Translations under genes and position numbers: made by a program | In this document: one piece after another, positions 41,239 to 55,606 of the stretch | Position numbering within the stretch: the stretch's first letter is position 1 | Layout of the letters: the number at the start of each line of letters is the position of its first letter | Notes under the pieces: generated by a model | What the model saw: only the letters and a program-made list of their open reading frames with translations | What the model was told of the DNA's origin: nothing | The model's database searches: none | Assembly: GCF_009914755.1 (NCBI RefSeq) | Contig: NC_060936.1 | DNA length: 64,000 nt | Source: the human T2T-CHM13v2.0 reference genome, Homo sapiens | Direction: 5' to 3' (one strand)

Positions 41239-41433
41239 CAGGGTGGGGAACATCACACACTGGGGCCTGTTGTGCGTTGGGGGGCGTGGGGAGGGATAGC
41301 ACTGGGAGATATACCTAATGTAAATGACGGGTTGATGAGTGCAGCGGGCCAGCATGGCACATGTATACCTATGTAACGAGCCTGCACATTGTGCACATGT
41401 ACCCTAGAACTTAAAGCATAATTTAAAAAATAT
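41239..41433 (+). mobile_element. Short 5'-truncated L1PA (L1PA5-7-like) 3' end
   Basis: ggggaacatcacacactggggcctg...gtaccctagaacttaaag; exact 15-bp TSD attttggtgtaaata at 41224 and 41434. Confidence 0.95.
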
Positions 41434-42097
41434 ATTTTGGTGTAAATATATTTGCACTTATTTTTTAACATTCACGAATGGGATCTCTTGTACTTCACTG
41501 CAATTGTGCCGCATAAATTGTTTTAAAACTTCTCATTTTCTCTTAAAAATGTACCAGGAATGTTTTCACCACTGTAAATAATGCCGCAGTGGGCATCCTT
41601 GGACATAAACCTTTGGCCACCCATATTTCTTTGAGAGATTTTAGGAGTGATGTAAGAAAATAAACATTTTTAATTATCTTGGCATGGTTCCATGATTAAA
41701 AAACATATGTGGTGGAAATCAGTTTATGCTGGTTCTCTGTGACAGAATTATAAAACCGATGAGGACATTTGTTTTGTAATAGAAATATTATCAGACTTTT
41801 AGAAACTGTGTTCATACAAATTTCAGCTCACATGTTATTAATTACATGAGGGGTTATATAAGATATTAGAGCTAAAATGTGTAAACACTTTGCACTTAAT
41901 ACTTCACTCACATTGTCCCCTAATCCAACCATTCATATAACTGAATAATAAATATGAATTATGTACTAACATACATTATTATATCTGACCTCTTCTCTTA
42001 CTAACTGTACTAACTATGTTGTGGTAAGCAAATTATTTTCCTCATCAAGCCACTTTCTTCATCTGTGTAATGGAGATGATAATAATGGTATATACCA

Positions 42098-42396
42098 GGC
42101 CAGGCGCAGTGGCTCATCCCAGCACTTTGAGAGGCTGAGGCAGGCATATCACCTGAGGCCAGGGATTCAAGACCAGCCTGACCAACATGGAGAAACCCCT
42201 ACGCTACTAAAAATACAAAAATTAGCCAGTGCAGTGGCACACATCTGCAGTCCCAGCTACTAAGGAAGCCGAGGCATGAGAATCACTTGAGTCTGGGAGG
42301 CTGAGATTACAGTGAGTGGAGATCGCACCACTCTACTCCAGCCCGGGCAACAGAGTGGGACTCTGTCTCAAAACAAACAAACAAACAAACAAAAAA
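42098..42396 (+). mobile_element. AluS (Sp/Sq/Sx-like) with (CAAA)n tail, inserted in a MIR (~42000-42510)
   Basis: Dimeric Alu; TSD-like ggtatatacc / ggtatgtacc; MIR core ttcttcatctgtgtaatggagatgataata upstream and aaattaaatgagttaat downstream. Confidence 0.93.
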
Positions 42397-43169
42397 GGTA
42401 TGTACCTAAGTGGTATTGTTTTGAAATTTAAATGAGTTAATAATAAATCCAAACCACTTAAAACATAGCTAGGTATGTTGCAATCATGCAAAAATATAGG
42501 GTACCACTATTACAATTGTAATTATTATTAATAGTAATAGTAGTACACTTTTTTAAAGAATCATAGCCACATATTAAAAATATATGTGGAATCAAACCTG
42601 ATCCCATAGTCCAGTGTCCTTGACAAGAATGTAGAAGTCCAAAGCCAATGACCATGCAGTCAGAAAAGTTATTTTGTTTGATTTAGTTTAATTTGGTTAC
42701 ACATTTCTGTAACAGAGTGTGTGTGTGTGTAAACCAAAGCACACATTATATATTCTAAATTCGCATCTTTGTTTCCATCTTTGCCTTACCTTTTTACCTT
42801 TGCATGTTAGCTAAGAAAACGTTTCTTTGAATTCAGTTTTCAACTGTGTACTCTGAAGTGTATGTACTATATATTTCAGCCACCAAGTTGGGTAATCTGG
42901 AAATTCAATAAAGTCTATACTTACCCTTCAGTATTTCTTCATTCATTTAAATAAAAAGAGACCCTTATCAATTAAAATATACACTCCCTAAGTTAATTGC
43001 TTGAATATTGAAAGCATTCTGTTAGAAATGAATATTTCATTACAGAATGTATATGTATTAAACCACGAATTTGGTGTATTTTTTTTGTTTTGCCTGTAAA
43101 CACAAATATTTTTAATAAGTACTACAATTAAGTTCCTGCTGTGCAAAAACTCCAGATCCTACACATTAT

Positions 43170-43300
43170 GTAATGTAATACCCATTTTATAAATGAGAAA
43201 ACGGATATTTGGAGAGGCATACGGCCTGCCAAAATGCACCTGAAAATAAAAAGTAGAGCAAGGCATTTAACTCATGTTAGAATGTATCTAAAGCCTGAGA
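43170..43300 (-). mobile_element. MIR fragment
   Basis: cccattttataaatgagaaaacggatatttggagagg. Confidence 0.55.
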
Positions 43301-43899
43301 ATTATCTATACTATAAGAGTGTGTTGATTTATTTTAATATTGACAGTTCAGAGGGTCTCAGAGACTGCAAGTATTATTCTTAATTATTTATAACATTAAA
43401 GGTACTCAGCATCTGGAAAAGAACTTGCTTATAAAATCATGTATACAGCTGCATGGTAAGTACATCTGCCACTAAATTTCAGTTTTTTAAAAGCTGAAAC
43501 AGCTGGAAAAAACTTATAAAAATTACAATTACTATTCATCTTTCTTCTTTAAACATTTGGAATGTAACAATCTCTATGCTAAAAATTAGTAGGAGAGTGT
43601 TACAATGAGTTTTTTAAAAACCAAGAAAAAGACAATAAATATTTATATATCTTTGGATCAAATGTGACTTTTATGTCTTATTTATTCAGTGATATTCTCA
43701 CACCTTTACTTTTGTTCTCCAATAAAAAATAAAAAGTTATGAATGGACTTAATATAGTTCCTGAATTTCAGTTGGCTATATCTGCACTTTGAATACATCT
43801 GCTATATAATAATTTTTTTTCTGGAAAACATCACAAAGAAGTGTCTAATATGTGAATGAGAGATTAAAAATATTCAGTCCATCCCATTGTTGTGTCTGC

Positions 43900-44443
43900 G
43901 TTGTGTTTCTCCATACTTTGGTATTGTATTGCTTTTGTAACAAATTGTCACATACTTGATGATTTAAAAATGACAAGACCTTGTTATCTTACAGTTCTAG
44001 AGGGAGGAAGCCCAACACAGTCTCATTGAACTAAAATCAAGGTGTCAACAGAGCTGTATTTCATTCTAATATCACTAGGGCATAGTGTATTTCCTTGCAT
44101 TTTCTAGTTTCTAAAGTCTAACTGCATTCCTTGGCTATGGCCCTCTTTCTCATCTTCAATACCAGTGACACTGCATCTCCAGCAACATCCTTTCATAAAT
44201 CCATCATCATCCAGTTTCCTCATCTGCCTCTCTCTTCAACTGATGAACATTCTTGTGATTACACTGGACCCACTAGAAAAATCCAGGATAGTCTCTCTAT
44301 TTTAAAGTCGACAGAGAAGCAATTAATTTCATCCCCAATCTTTATTCCCCTTTGCCATGCCACCTAACATAATCACAGGTTCCAAAGACTAGGACATGGG
44401 CATCTTGAAGAGAAGGAAAGAAGAGCTATTAGTGTACCTAACA
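43900..44443 (-). mobile_element. MLT1C/D-like MaLR LTR
   Basis: ttatcttacagttctagagg...aaaatcaaggtgtcaacagagctg...cttgtgattacactggacccact...atccaggatagtctc. Confidence 0.85.
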
Positions 44444-44549
44444 AACTCCTCCATTGCATTTCTTCTGTGTCCTGTAAATTACTGGCTAAGTTATTTTAGC
44501 AATACATTTAAACCCTCAAGAAGTTATTGTGAAGAAGATACAACTCACT

Positions 44550-45060
44550 GACTCACTGAACAAAAATCCCAAAACCCCCTTCTCCCTGTAGCCTCCATTG
44601 TAGAGACTGATGTAGTTTGTAAATTGCTTTCCCTGCCAGGATCCTGGCTATGAGTGTCTGTATGACATAGTTCTGGTTGATGAGTCCACTGTGGCCTTCT
44701 ACAAAATATTTTTACTTTCCTTTTAAAAGAGTCAGACCTATCTGCTGACATACATTATTTCTTCTTTCTACCTTATTTACAGAATTGATTCCTGGAGCCA
44801 TGTACTAATTAAAAGGCCGAGAAAATCACTGATATGGCTGCTCTGATGTGAGGAAACGCCAAACTATTACTTCCAGCGGCTTACCTTAGGCATTTTGTCT
44901 ATGAGAAAAGTCAGCATTTATTTGTTTATGTGACTACTAATAATAGGCTGGTGCAAAATTAATTGTGGGTTTTGCTGTTGAAAGTCATAGCGAAAACTGT
45001 AATTACTTTTGCACCAACCTAATAGTTTATTGTTAATGGCAGCCAAATTGATATTCTGAA
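44550..45060 (+). mobile_element. Old MLT1 (J/K-like) LTR interrupted by MADE1
   Basis: tgacatagttctggttgatgag...tatgagaaaa...ttatttgttta...[MADE1]...gttaatggcagccaaa. Confidence 0.5.
44941..45024. mobile_element. Full-length MADE1 MITE (imperfect palindrome, TA TSD)
   Basis: ta-ataggctggtgcaaaattaattgtgggttttgct...agcgaaaactgtaattacttttgcaccaacctaa-ta. Confidence 0.93.
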
Positions 45061-45334
45061 GTTAGAAGTCAAAATCACTCATATCTGGTTTACCTTGGAT
45101 CTAGAAGCAACACTTTAAGAATTTTTTCTGAAAAAAATGACCTAAATATTCTTATTTATTTCTAATTATTAGAAATAAATGCATGTTCTTATTATTCATT
45201 AAAAAATATTATCGATGTGGGGGAGGGGGCAAGTTCTAGTATCTATAGAAGTACAATGAGAGTAAACAGAAAATAGTAACAAAAGAACATAAAAATGTAT
45301 TTTCTTCTAAATATTTATAATGTTATGTGACAAT

Positions 45335-46151
45335 TATTAATATAATGCCTCTCCCCATGAAATCTGTTCTTCCTTGTCTACTCTGCAAAAATGGATCTGA
45401 CACTTTATATGTATTTTTCTTTTGTCAGCTGGCAGTAAGCTTTGCCAATAGCTGGTGCTAGAAAGGCATTGCTGGAGAAAAGGCTTCTGCTTCCCTTCCT
45501 GGTTCAGTTGTGCTTACTTAGCAGGTAAATGTAGCACACTTGGCTTCTCCAGCACTTAGCAATAGTGATGTGGATGGCTTGTCAGTTTCTGCAGTGTCCA
45601 GGTCTTGCAGCACACACAGCTTTTCCATTATCAGGCTCCTCCAGTGCTTGTGCAACTTCTTCAGTTCATTTCCTGTAGGGCATGCCATCCAGCAGTACTC
45701 AGCAGCCAGTAGCGTCCCCCAGAAACTTCTTAGGCTGTTTTATAATACTTTTCCATGAAACACCTTTTTTTGTGATCAGCTTTCTTCTGCACCCTAGAGA
45801 ATGGAATTCCAGCAAGTTTCAGAGGAAAGATTTCCAGCAAGTTCCACTAATGCTTCTTCTAGTGACTTCTTTACCATTCAGTGAGAAATGGCCATGCCCT
45901 TTCCAACAAGGTATAGCTTTTCGTCCTGGTAGGATGGAAGGCAGGGCATCTTCCTCTACACGTGCTCTATCTCGGTGAGAGGGTACTGGCTGATCCTTGT
46001 AACTGCTTTTTCCATGACTTTTAGAGTTCTCTTTATGTTTTACCACCCCATCTCTCATTATGCTAATCCCCATTATAGTTTAAAAGTTTAATTAAAAATT
46101 TTCCTGTTCAAATCACTGTGTGGTCTCCCTGATCAGACTCTGATTGACACA
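45335..46151 (+). mobile_element. LTR41/LTR33-family ERVL solo LTR
   Basis: 5' ttctttgtcagctggcagtaagctttgccaatagctggtgctagaaagg; 3' ttcctgttcaaatcactgtgtggtctccctga...ctgattgacaca. Confidence 0.7.
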
Positions 46152-47672
46152 CATCATATGTCAAAGCTATATCTCCAAGTTATTTGAGGCTATTGTCTAT
46201 AAAGTTAGAGCAATATTTTACAAGTATTTATAGAATTTGCCTTAAAACAGCTTCTCTCAAAAATGCTTTTCAGAACATGATGTACTTTGTCACATGATGC
46301 ACTCCGAGAAAAATCGATTCCATGGTCCAATAGCTTATTTTTTTTCAATTAGATGTTCATAGTGCTTATGAGAATATTAAACTTTCTCAGAGGTTCTGTA
46401 GTTAATATAATCCACTTAATTTTGTTTAAGCCAGCATTTCCTGAACCTTTTTGACCTTGAAAACAGTTCACTGAACAAAAACAACTCTTGTAACTTGTGA
46501 AATGTTATGTTGAGAAATAAACTTTGGAAAATGATTCCTTAAGGATATCAGCATAATAAATAGCTCTATTGATTTAAAGAAAGGGTAAAAGCATTTGAAG
46601 AGCATGGAGAATGTGTTTTTGTGCCATTGCGTGCTATTTCTTAGGCTCTTCTTTTGAAAGTGCCATGAAAATGTGGCTGCAGGAAGGGTTTCCCACTTTT
46701 ACATACGTGCATTACTACTCATGCTGGGTATATACAATCTTGGTATGATTTATAAATAGATCTCTAAATGATGACTAGCTAGGGAATAAATCGAGCTTTC
46801 AGTTCATGTTTTCTACTCCTAATCTTAACCATGTGTGATATTGACCACTTTATTGCTATATATATATATATATAATATTTGTTATAAGACTAGCTCTTGA
46901 TCAAAAATAAATTCCTAACTGAAATCTGGTTGGCCTCTCCCTCATCCAAAGAGAATTTAAATAGAAAAAAATTGCCATCCAACACTCAATAGTTGTGGCT
47001 AGCCACTGCTGAGTAAGCTTAGCTGACAAAAACTCAACAGTATCTGCTATAATAAGGGAAAGTGACATTGTATATTACTGACGTGATCATTATTTGTTTA
47101 GACTAAAACTGCAAAGATTGCCGTTCCTTCCCAAATCCATAACCGTATCATAACCAAAAAATCCAGTCTCACTTTTCCCTTTCTGTAATTACTGTGGTGA
47201 TAGATTATACTAAAGAACTCAAATTGAATCTTCAAAAAACAGAAGTATTTATACAGTTTTACTGATTAAAAAATATCCAAAAATGTTTTTAAGTGTTTAC
47301 TTCTGAGTGATTGAGGTGTTTTGTTAAACAAAATAATATTTTATTGATTTTTGTGTTCCTTGGCATTCAATGGTAATTATAATAAAAGTTATCTTGGAAT
47401 TTACATGGTGTCTTGAAATGTTGACAACCTCTTGTAAAGTCGATCAGAGCAGCATTATGGCTTATGTTTCTTTTGTAGCTCTGTGTAAGTTCATAACATG
47501 TAGTGGGCCTTCAAAATATAATAAAGTCAAAAACTGTCATAACATGTAATAAAACGTCTTACAAGAAAATGTTCAAAATTTTGTTAATGACCTTTTATGA
47601 CACAATTCATGTCTTAATTCTTCAGCTGTCACAGATTATGGATGCTTGTGCTTCTTAACTACACTCCATATA

Positions 47673-48104
47673 TGTGGTAGAAATTCTTGGTGCTCCACTC
47701 ATATCCCCTTTACCAGATTACCATGCTGTGAGTACCGCAGCTAGCAGCTTATAACTGTGACCTCAAAACAACTGCCCTTGGTTGAAGGAAGTCAACTTGC
47801 CCATAAACACATGGATGGTTATACCATTTACTGACTAATATTTGCTGACTAATAAAAAGATACCAAGTACTGTCCCTAAGCCTTAAGTTGGTACAACTCT
47901 AGGGTGTAATTTACTCTTCAGAAAGGCCCCTCATTCCTCTATGTATCAGAGCAAGGATAGTCTACATTCTTGCTCAGCTTTTTTGTCTCTGCTACTCTGC
48001 TTCCCTAATTTCCTTCAGGATTTTCTTGAAGATAATTCACTCAAAAAATCACTTATTCCTGAATCCCTGTCTAGGGCTTCACTTCTAGGGAACTGACCTA
48101 AGGA
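47673..48104 (+). mobile_element. LTR16-family ERVL 5' LTR
   Basis: tgtggtagaaattc...acaactctagggtgtaatttactcttcaga...aatcacttattcctgaatccctgtct...cttctagggaactgacctaagga. Confidence 0.8.
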
Positions 48105-48109
48105 GGGAC

Positions 48110-49271
<1,162 letters not shown>

Positions 49272-49288
49272 TAAGAATTGGCAAAACT

Positions 49289-49713
<425 letters not shown>

Positions 49714-49870
49714 TTAGCTTACAAAATACGTCAGAAAGATGACACAAAATAAACCAAATAAACCAGAAAGAAGGAATCAATAAAGATAAAATATAAAATT
49801 AATGACTATATAACAAAGCATATATAGAAAAAGTTAAAACCTCTAAATGACTTTTTAAAAGAGTTTAGAC

Positions 49871-50103
49871 CAGCGCTGTCCAATAGAACTTTATGTGATA
49901 CTAGAAATATTTTATATCTCTACTGCCCAATACTGTAGCTCCTATGTCTGCTGACACTTAAAAGTGTTCAGGGAAACTGAAGAACTAAATTTTTAATTTT
50001 ATTTAATTTTAATCAACATGAATACATTAATTAAATTTATATAATTTTACAATTTAAGTCAATTAATATAAATTTAAATTTATGTTGCTATTGGACAAAA
50101 CAG
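49871..50103 (+). mobile_element. MER3-like hAT MITE
   Basis: cagcgctgtccaatagaacttt...gaagaactaaatttttaattttatttaattttaat...tattggacaaaacag. Confidence 0.85.
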
Positions 50104-50204
50104 ATATAGATAAATGTTTCACCAGCCCAACTTTTTAAACTGAATAAAAATTTAAAACATTTTTATGAATTAAAAAATTCTATAAAAAATTAATGTACAA
50201 AAAT

Positions 50205-50309
50205 AGAGAATTTATATATAATATAAATTTATATATTCATATATAAATTCTCTCTATATGTATAGAAACAATTCTATATATATATAAACAATTTATATAT
50301 ATATATATG

Positions 50310-50348
<39 letters not shown>
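50205..50348. repeat. AT-rich low-complexity tract ending in (AC)~18
   Basis: Seen directly. Confidence 0.95.
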
Positions 50349-50350
<2 letters not shown>

Positions 50351-50520
50351 AGAAGCCATGCCTGAACTTCAAATTTAGAGAATCTATGAGTGTTGTTTTA
50401 AGCTGCAAAATTTGTGGTAATTTGTAATGTGCAATAAAAAACTAATATATAAGAAAACAAGATGCTGAAAATAAGTGGTTCAAAAAAATTAAAATTGAAG
50501 AAACAATGAGTTATTTCTAT

Positions 50521-50990
50521 TGTGATGGTTTTATCACATGGATTCACCCCAATTAAAGGGGGAGTCCAATTCTTCATGAATATAAACCAGCCTTATTCAC
50601 TGACTTCTAATGACTATAATGAGGTAGAAGTGATGCTAAGTGACTCTCATGGAGTTCTGAGATTTCTTTCCTGGAATGTTTGCCCTTGGAACTCAGCCAT
50701 CATACCATGAGGAAGCCAAACAGCCCTTGAAAAACTCAGATGTATGTGTTCTAGCCACTACCCCGGGTGAAATCTCAGCCAACAACCACCATCAACTTGC
50801 CAGACATATGAGTTAGTAAGCCTTTGGATGAGTCCAGCCCACAGCCTTTGAGCAAGCCCAGCTGAAGTTGAACAATGAGCTATCTCCAGTAGAGTCCTAC
50901 CCACACTGCACATTCCTTAGCAAACATTGTCATTATTTTAAGCCACTAAATGTGGGGGTAGTTTGTTATATAGCAAAAGATAACAGGACA
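50521..50990 (+). mobile_element. MLT1F/G-like MaLR LTR
   Basis: tgtgatggtt...cttggaactcagccatcat...tttaagccactaaatgtgggggtagtttgttatatagcaaaagataacaggaca. Confidence 0.85.
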
Positions 50991-51031
50991 TCTTCGTACT
51001 CATCTGACTGCATCTGACTGGCAAAAGGCTA

Positions 51032-51364
51032 TTTTTGTTTTGTGGGTCTTCTTGTTGTTGTTGTTGAGAGAGGGTCTCACTCTTTTGCCCAGGCTAGACT
51101 GCAATGGCCTGATCATAGCTCACAGCAGCCTCAATCTCCTGGGCTCAAACAATCCTCCCACCTCAGCCATTGGAGTAGCTGTGACTATAGGAACATGCCA
51201 CATGTCTGGCTATTTTTTTTTCTTTTTTTTAAATTTACTTTTATTAGAGGAGACAAGGTCTTGCTATGTTGCCCAGGACAGTCTCAAACTCCTGAGCTCA
51301 AGTGATGGTCCCAGGTTAGCATCCCAAAATGATGGGATTAGAGGCATGAGCCATCACATCTGAA
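51032..51364 (-). mobile_element. AluJ (Jo-like)
   Basis: gatcatagctcacagcagcctcaatctcctgggctcaaacaatcctcccacc (J-type), dimeric. Confidence 0.92.
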
Positions 51365-51989
51365 CCACTTGCAAAGGTTTTAAAGAATAATAATAATACC
51401 TATGGATGGATGGCGTGTTGGGAAGAAGCTAACTGTGGGGCAACGAACAAAGCTGTTCAAAAATTATTTAGGGCCCTCACTCTGGTTACCAGTGAGATGA
51501 TGACTGCACCAAAACTCTGCTTCCCACAGGACTAGTAGCTACCTTCGACCACCAGCAAAATAAACTTTAGGGTTTCTAGGTGTTGGGCAATTGGCTTTCT
51601 CCCAAACCAATGTAAATATCTGACAAGAAATATCTGCCTTATCTGGAACAAACTAGAATATTTATTTCTCCACTGACAAATTTACAACAGTGAATAGGAT
51701 TCCTTTCTTGGAACATTTATGCACTGAGTGTGTATCCAATAAGCTGCTCTATCCCTGGCAGGAATTTCTGTGGGTGATAATGAAGACTGAGGATCTCTGG
51801 CTCCTCTTCTTGTTGAACTCTGTTTTAAAAGCTTTCCTAAAAATTTTTGTGTGATATTACAGAAAATGTCCTGAAGTCTAGTGTGTGATTGGTGGCAAAC
51901 ATTACAGGATCCACCTTGCTTGAGAGTGAAAATAAAAGTTCTCAACTTGCTCAATATTTACTCAAACCATGCTGGTGATTGGTTATTTT

Positions 51990-52930
51990 GAATTATTTGT
52001 ATAAATTTATGGAGTACAAGTTAAATGTTGTTACATGGATAGATTGTGTAATGGTGATGTCAGGGCTTTTAGGGTATTTATCACGCAAATAAATACATTG
52101 TACACATGAAGTAATCTCTCATTATCCACTCCCCTCCAACCCCAGCCACCCTTCCAAGTTTCTATTGAATATCATTCCACAATCTACACCCATGTGTACC
52201 CATTTTTTAGCTCCCACTAATATATGAGAACAAGTGATATTTGTCTTCCTGTGTCCGACTTGCTACACTTAAAGTAATGGCCTCCAGTTTCATCCATGCT
52301 GCTGCAAAATACATGATTTCATTCTTGTTTATGGGTGAATAGTGTTCATCATATATATGTGATGATATAATAAAGAAGTTATATATATATATATGTAACT
52401 TTTTTAATCCAATCATCCATTGATGGAAACTTAGGTTGATGCCAAGTCTTTGCTATTGTGAATAATGCTGTGAAAAACACGGGAGTGCAGGTGTCCTGTT
52501 GATGTAATGATTTCTTTTCCTTTGGATAGATACCAACTAGTGGAATTGTTGTGTCAAATGGTAGTTTTATCTTTAATTATTTCAGAAATGTCCATAAGAG
52601 ATTTTCCATAGAGGTTGTATTAATTTATTACAATCTCTTATTAATTTATATAATTCCAACCAACAGCGTATAAGCATTCCCTTTTTCTCTGCATCCTTGC
52701 CACCATTTGTTATTTTTTTGCCTTTTTAATAGTTACCATTTTGACTGGTGTAAAGACAGTTTCTCACTGTGGTTTTAATTTGCATTTCTCACATGATTGG
52801 TGATGTTAAGCATTTTCCCATATGCTTTTTGGCCATTTCTATGTCTTCTTTTGAAAAAATGTCAATTCATGTCCTTTGCTCACTTTTTAATGAGATTATT
52901 TTTGTTGTTGTTGAGTTGTATGAGATATTT
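51990..52930 (-). mobile_element. L1PB4/L1MA-like 3' fragment
   Basis: Reverse L1 3' UTR and ORF2 end; ORF 52207..52416 reads ...NEIMYFAAAWMKLEAITLS... Confidence 0.92.
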
Positions 52931-53157
52931 GATATGGAACAAAAACACAATGAAAAACACAAAAAAATGAAAAAGGATCAAACCAATTTTGACATCCATT
53001 GATAGAGGAATAGTAAAATAAATTATTGTATATCAATAACATGGAAAATAAAAAGCTATTAAAAGGAATAAATTAGAACTATACAAGTTGGCTTGGAAAA
53101 GTTTCCATATGGTAAAAGTATTATGATTTCATATGAAAACTAAAGATCAAAAAATTC

Positions 53158-53629
53158 CATAAAAGGAAAATAAACCTTGGGGCCACAGAATCACTAAGCT
53201 GAAGGGAAAAGTCAAGCTGGGAACTGCTTAGGGCAAACCTGTCTCCCATTCCATTCAAAGTCATCCCTCTGCTCACTGAGATAAATGCATATCCGATTGC
53301 CTCCTATGGAAAGGCTAATCGGAAACTCAAAAGAATGCAAATATTTGTCTCTAATCTACCTATGACCTGGAAGCCCCCTCCTTGCTTCAAGTTGTCTGGC
53401 CTTTGTTTTGAGTTGTCCCACCTTTCCAGACCGAACCCATGTTCATCTTACATATGTTGATTGATGTCTCATGTCTCCCTAAAATGTACAAAACCAAGCT
53501 GTGCTCTGACCACCTTCATCACTTGTCATCAGTACCTCTTGAGGCTGTGTCATGGGCATGGATCCTTAACTTTGGCAAAATAAACTTCCTAAATTGACTG
53601 AGACCTGTCTCAGATTTTGGTTGTTCACA
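53158..53629 (+). mobile_element. MER4A1-like ERV1 solo LTR
   Basis: aaaggaaaataaaccttggggcc...atcactaagctgaagggaaaagtcaagctgggaactgcttagggcaaacctg...aataaacttcctaaattgactgagacctgtctcag...ttcaca. Confidence 0.92.
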
Positions 53630-53635
53630 ATCCCA

Positions 53636-53890
53636 TGCATATATACGGGTGTGTATAAATTTTATATATATATATATGTGTGTGTGTTTGTGTGTGTATA
53701 TATGTGTGTATACCATGTTCATTATGTATATGTGTGTGTGCATAAATCATGTGTATGTATATATACACACACATGAAAATTGTATACATGTACATATGTA
53801 TATGTGTATACCTTGTCTCAAGATGTATACACATATGCAATTTATACACACTCATATATAGAATTTATGCATAGCCATACATATGATATT
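53636..53890. repeat. TA/TG/CA low-complexity tract
   Basis: Seen directly. Confidence 0.9.
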
Positions 53891-54579
53891 GATGAAAATG
53901 AAAAATATGAAAGAATCTACACTGGGTTATTTATATGGAGAGTGCAGGTGGTAGAGAAAAAGAAAATAAAGGTTGATTATGCCTTAAAATATAAATAGGA
54001 TGTGAGAGTCAAAATGTGTCAAGGTCAGCAGAAATCAGTTATTTTAGAAAGCCAGAATTTTTAACCTTGAGAATACAAGCCAAATCATAGAATATTTTAG
54101 GTTTTCCTTAGCTACATCATTACTCAACAGATTGTGATAAAAAGAATCACCCTTTTTTTATTCTTATTTTTCCAGACAGATACTTTCCATTGTTGCTGCT
54201 CAAACTAATCAGTAGAATGAAAGACTGAGTAATACCACATTTCTTTCAAAGTCGAAGAGTCTGCATTATTGTATAATTGATGCTACTTCAGAAAAGCAAT
54301 CTCCTGATCAAAATAATTGATTACTTCAGAGATTCAACCCCCCTCGGAACCTGCTGGGAGACTGAGGAATATGCTTTATAAGAATCTTTGCATGTTCCTT
54401 TGCATTTAAAGTGCAAGAAAAATAAGTAAATAAGAGAATAATAACAATAAGTAAATAAGATTAAGGAAGTAATAAGGAAATGGAGCAGGGTAGGTGTGTA
54501 CATTCATAATTGAAAAGTAATAGCACATTAAAGTTATTTAGGGACTGTATGGAATAGTTTTTTATTTGTTCATCTGTTT

Positions 54580-54710
54580 TACTAACTACTATGAACTGCT
54601 TAAGCTCAGAAGCCATATCTCATTTATCTTTGTATACCCAAGCCCTAGCATATTGCCTGGTACAGAAGAGCTCAATCTGTGTTATCTCTTTGATGGTGGT
54701 TGAATAAATT
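54580..54710 (+). mobile_element. L2 3' end
   Basis: catttatctttgtataccccaagccctagcatattgcctggtacagaagagctcaat. Confidence 0.7.
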
Positions 54711-55606
54711 TATGAGTTTCCTAAATGGAAAGACACAGAGAGATGCGTATCAGGTGGGTGGCATTTGGAATTCAGTCACAGACTGAGGGTGGGCCACATG
54801 CCTCTATGCTCAGAGGAAATTCCACTTTAGCTGGCTAGCACAACTGGAGAACAAAAAGTAGCTATCTAGACCACAGTGGACTAGAGCTGTTTTGCCCAAA
54901 AGGGAAAGATAACAATCCTTCTGGTGCCAATGCACAGGCCTGCCTGCACACACACACACACACGCACACTCATACACCCGTAGGAAAAAAAAAATACCAG
55001 TAAGAGAACTTGGATTTAAAGGGAAAGAAAAACAAAGCATTCATTGAAATAAGTTATAATAAGGCAGTTAGTTAAGGGCTTAATTACCCATAGCTCCAGA
55101 GGAGCGTATGATGTTACAGAAGAGGAAGAAATCATAAAACTTAGCAGCAGGGGTTCATCTTCCCAGATATTAAATAGGTAATTAATCTTAACTGCAAGAA
55201 GCAATTATGCCTCACTGAATAAGGTGGAGCTTTTTAGTCTCACAAAGCAAAACTTCAGGTCAACACAATAATGGCAAAGGCAAGGGAGCAAAATAAATGA
55301 TACCTATGAGTACTTTTCTCTTAAAAAATATATTAATCTGTACTCTTTTGCAGATGTCTAGGTTGTGCCTGAGATAATATTTGATTTTATTTTATTTAGA
55401 AAAATATTCTAATTTGCCCTTATGTACTGGATTTTATTATTCAGCAGCTATTATAGGTGTGCCACACTGCTGTAGATGCTTAGAATGCACAGTTGAACAT
55501 TCTACAGGTTACAGAAATGTAATCTAATGACAAATCTATAGAAATCCAGGCTGAGAAGCATGGGTAGGAGGATACCGTATATATACCTTTGACAGTACGT
55601 GGGTTC

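Noticed and set aside
53519-53998. Cluster of five overlapping ORFs
   Set aside because: Produced by TA/TG/CA low-complexity DNA that lacks stop codons
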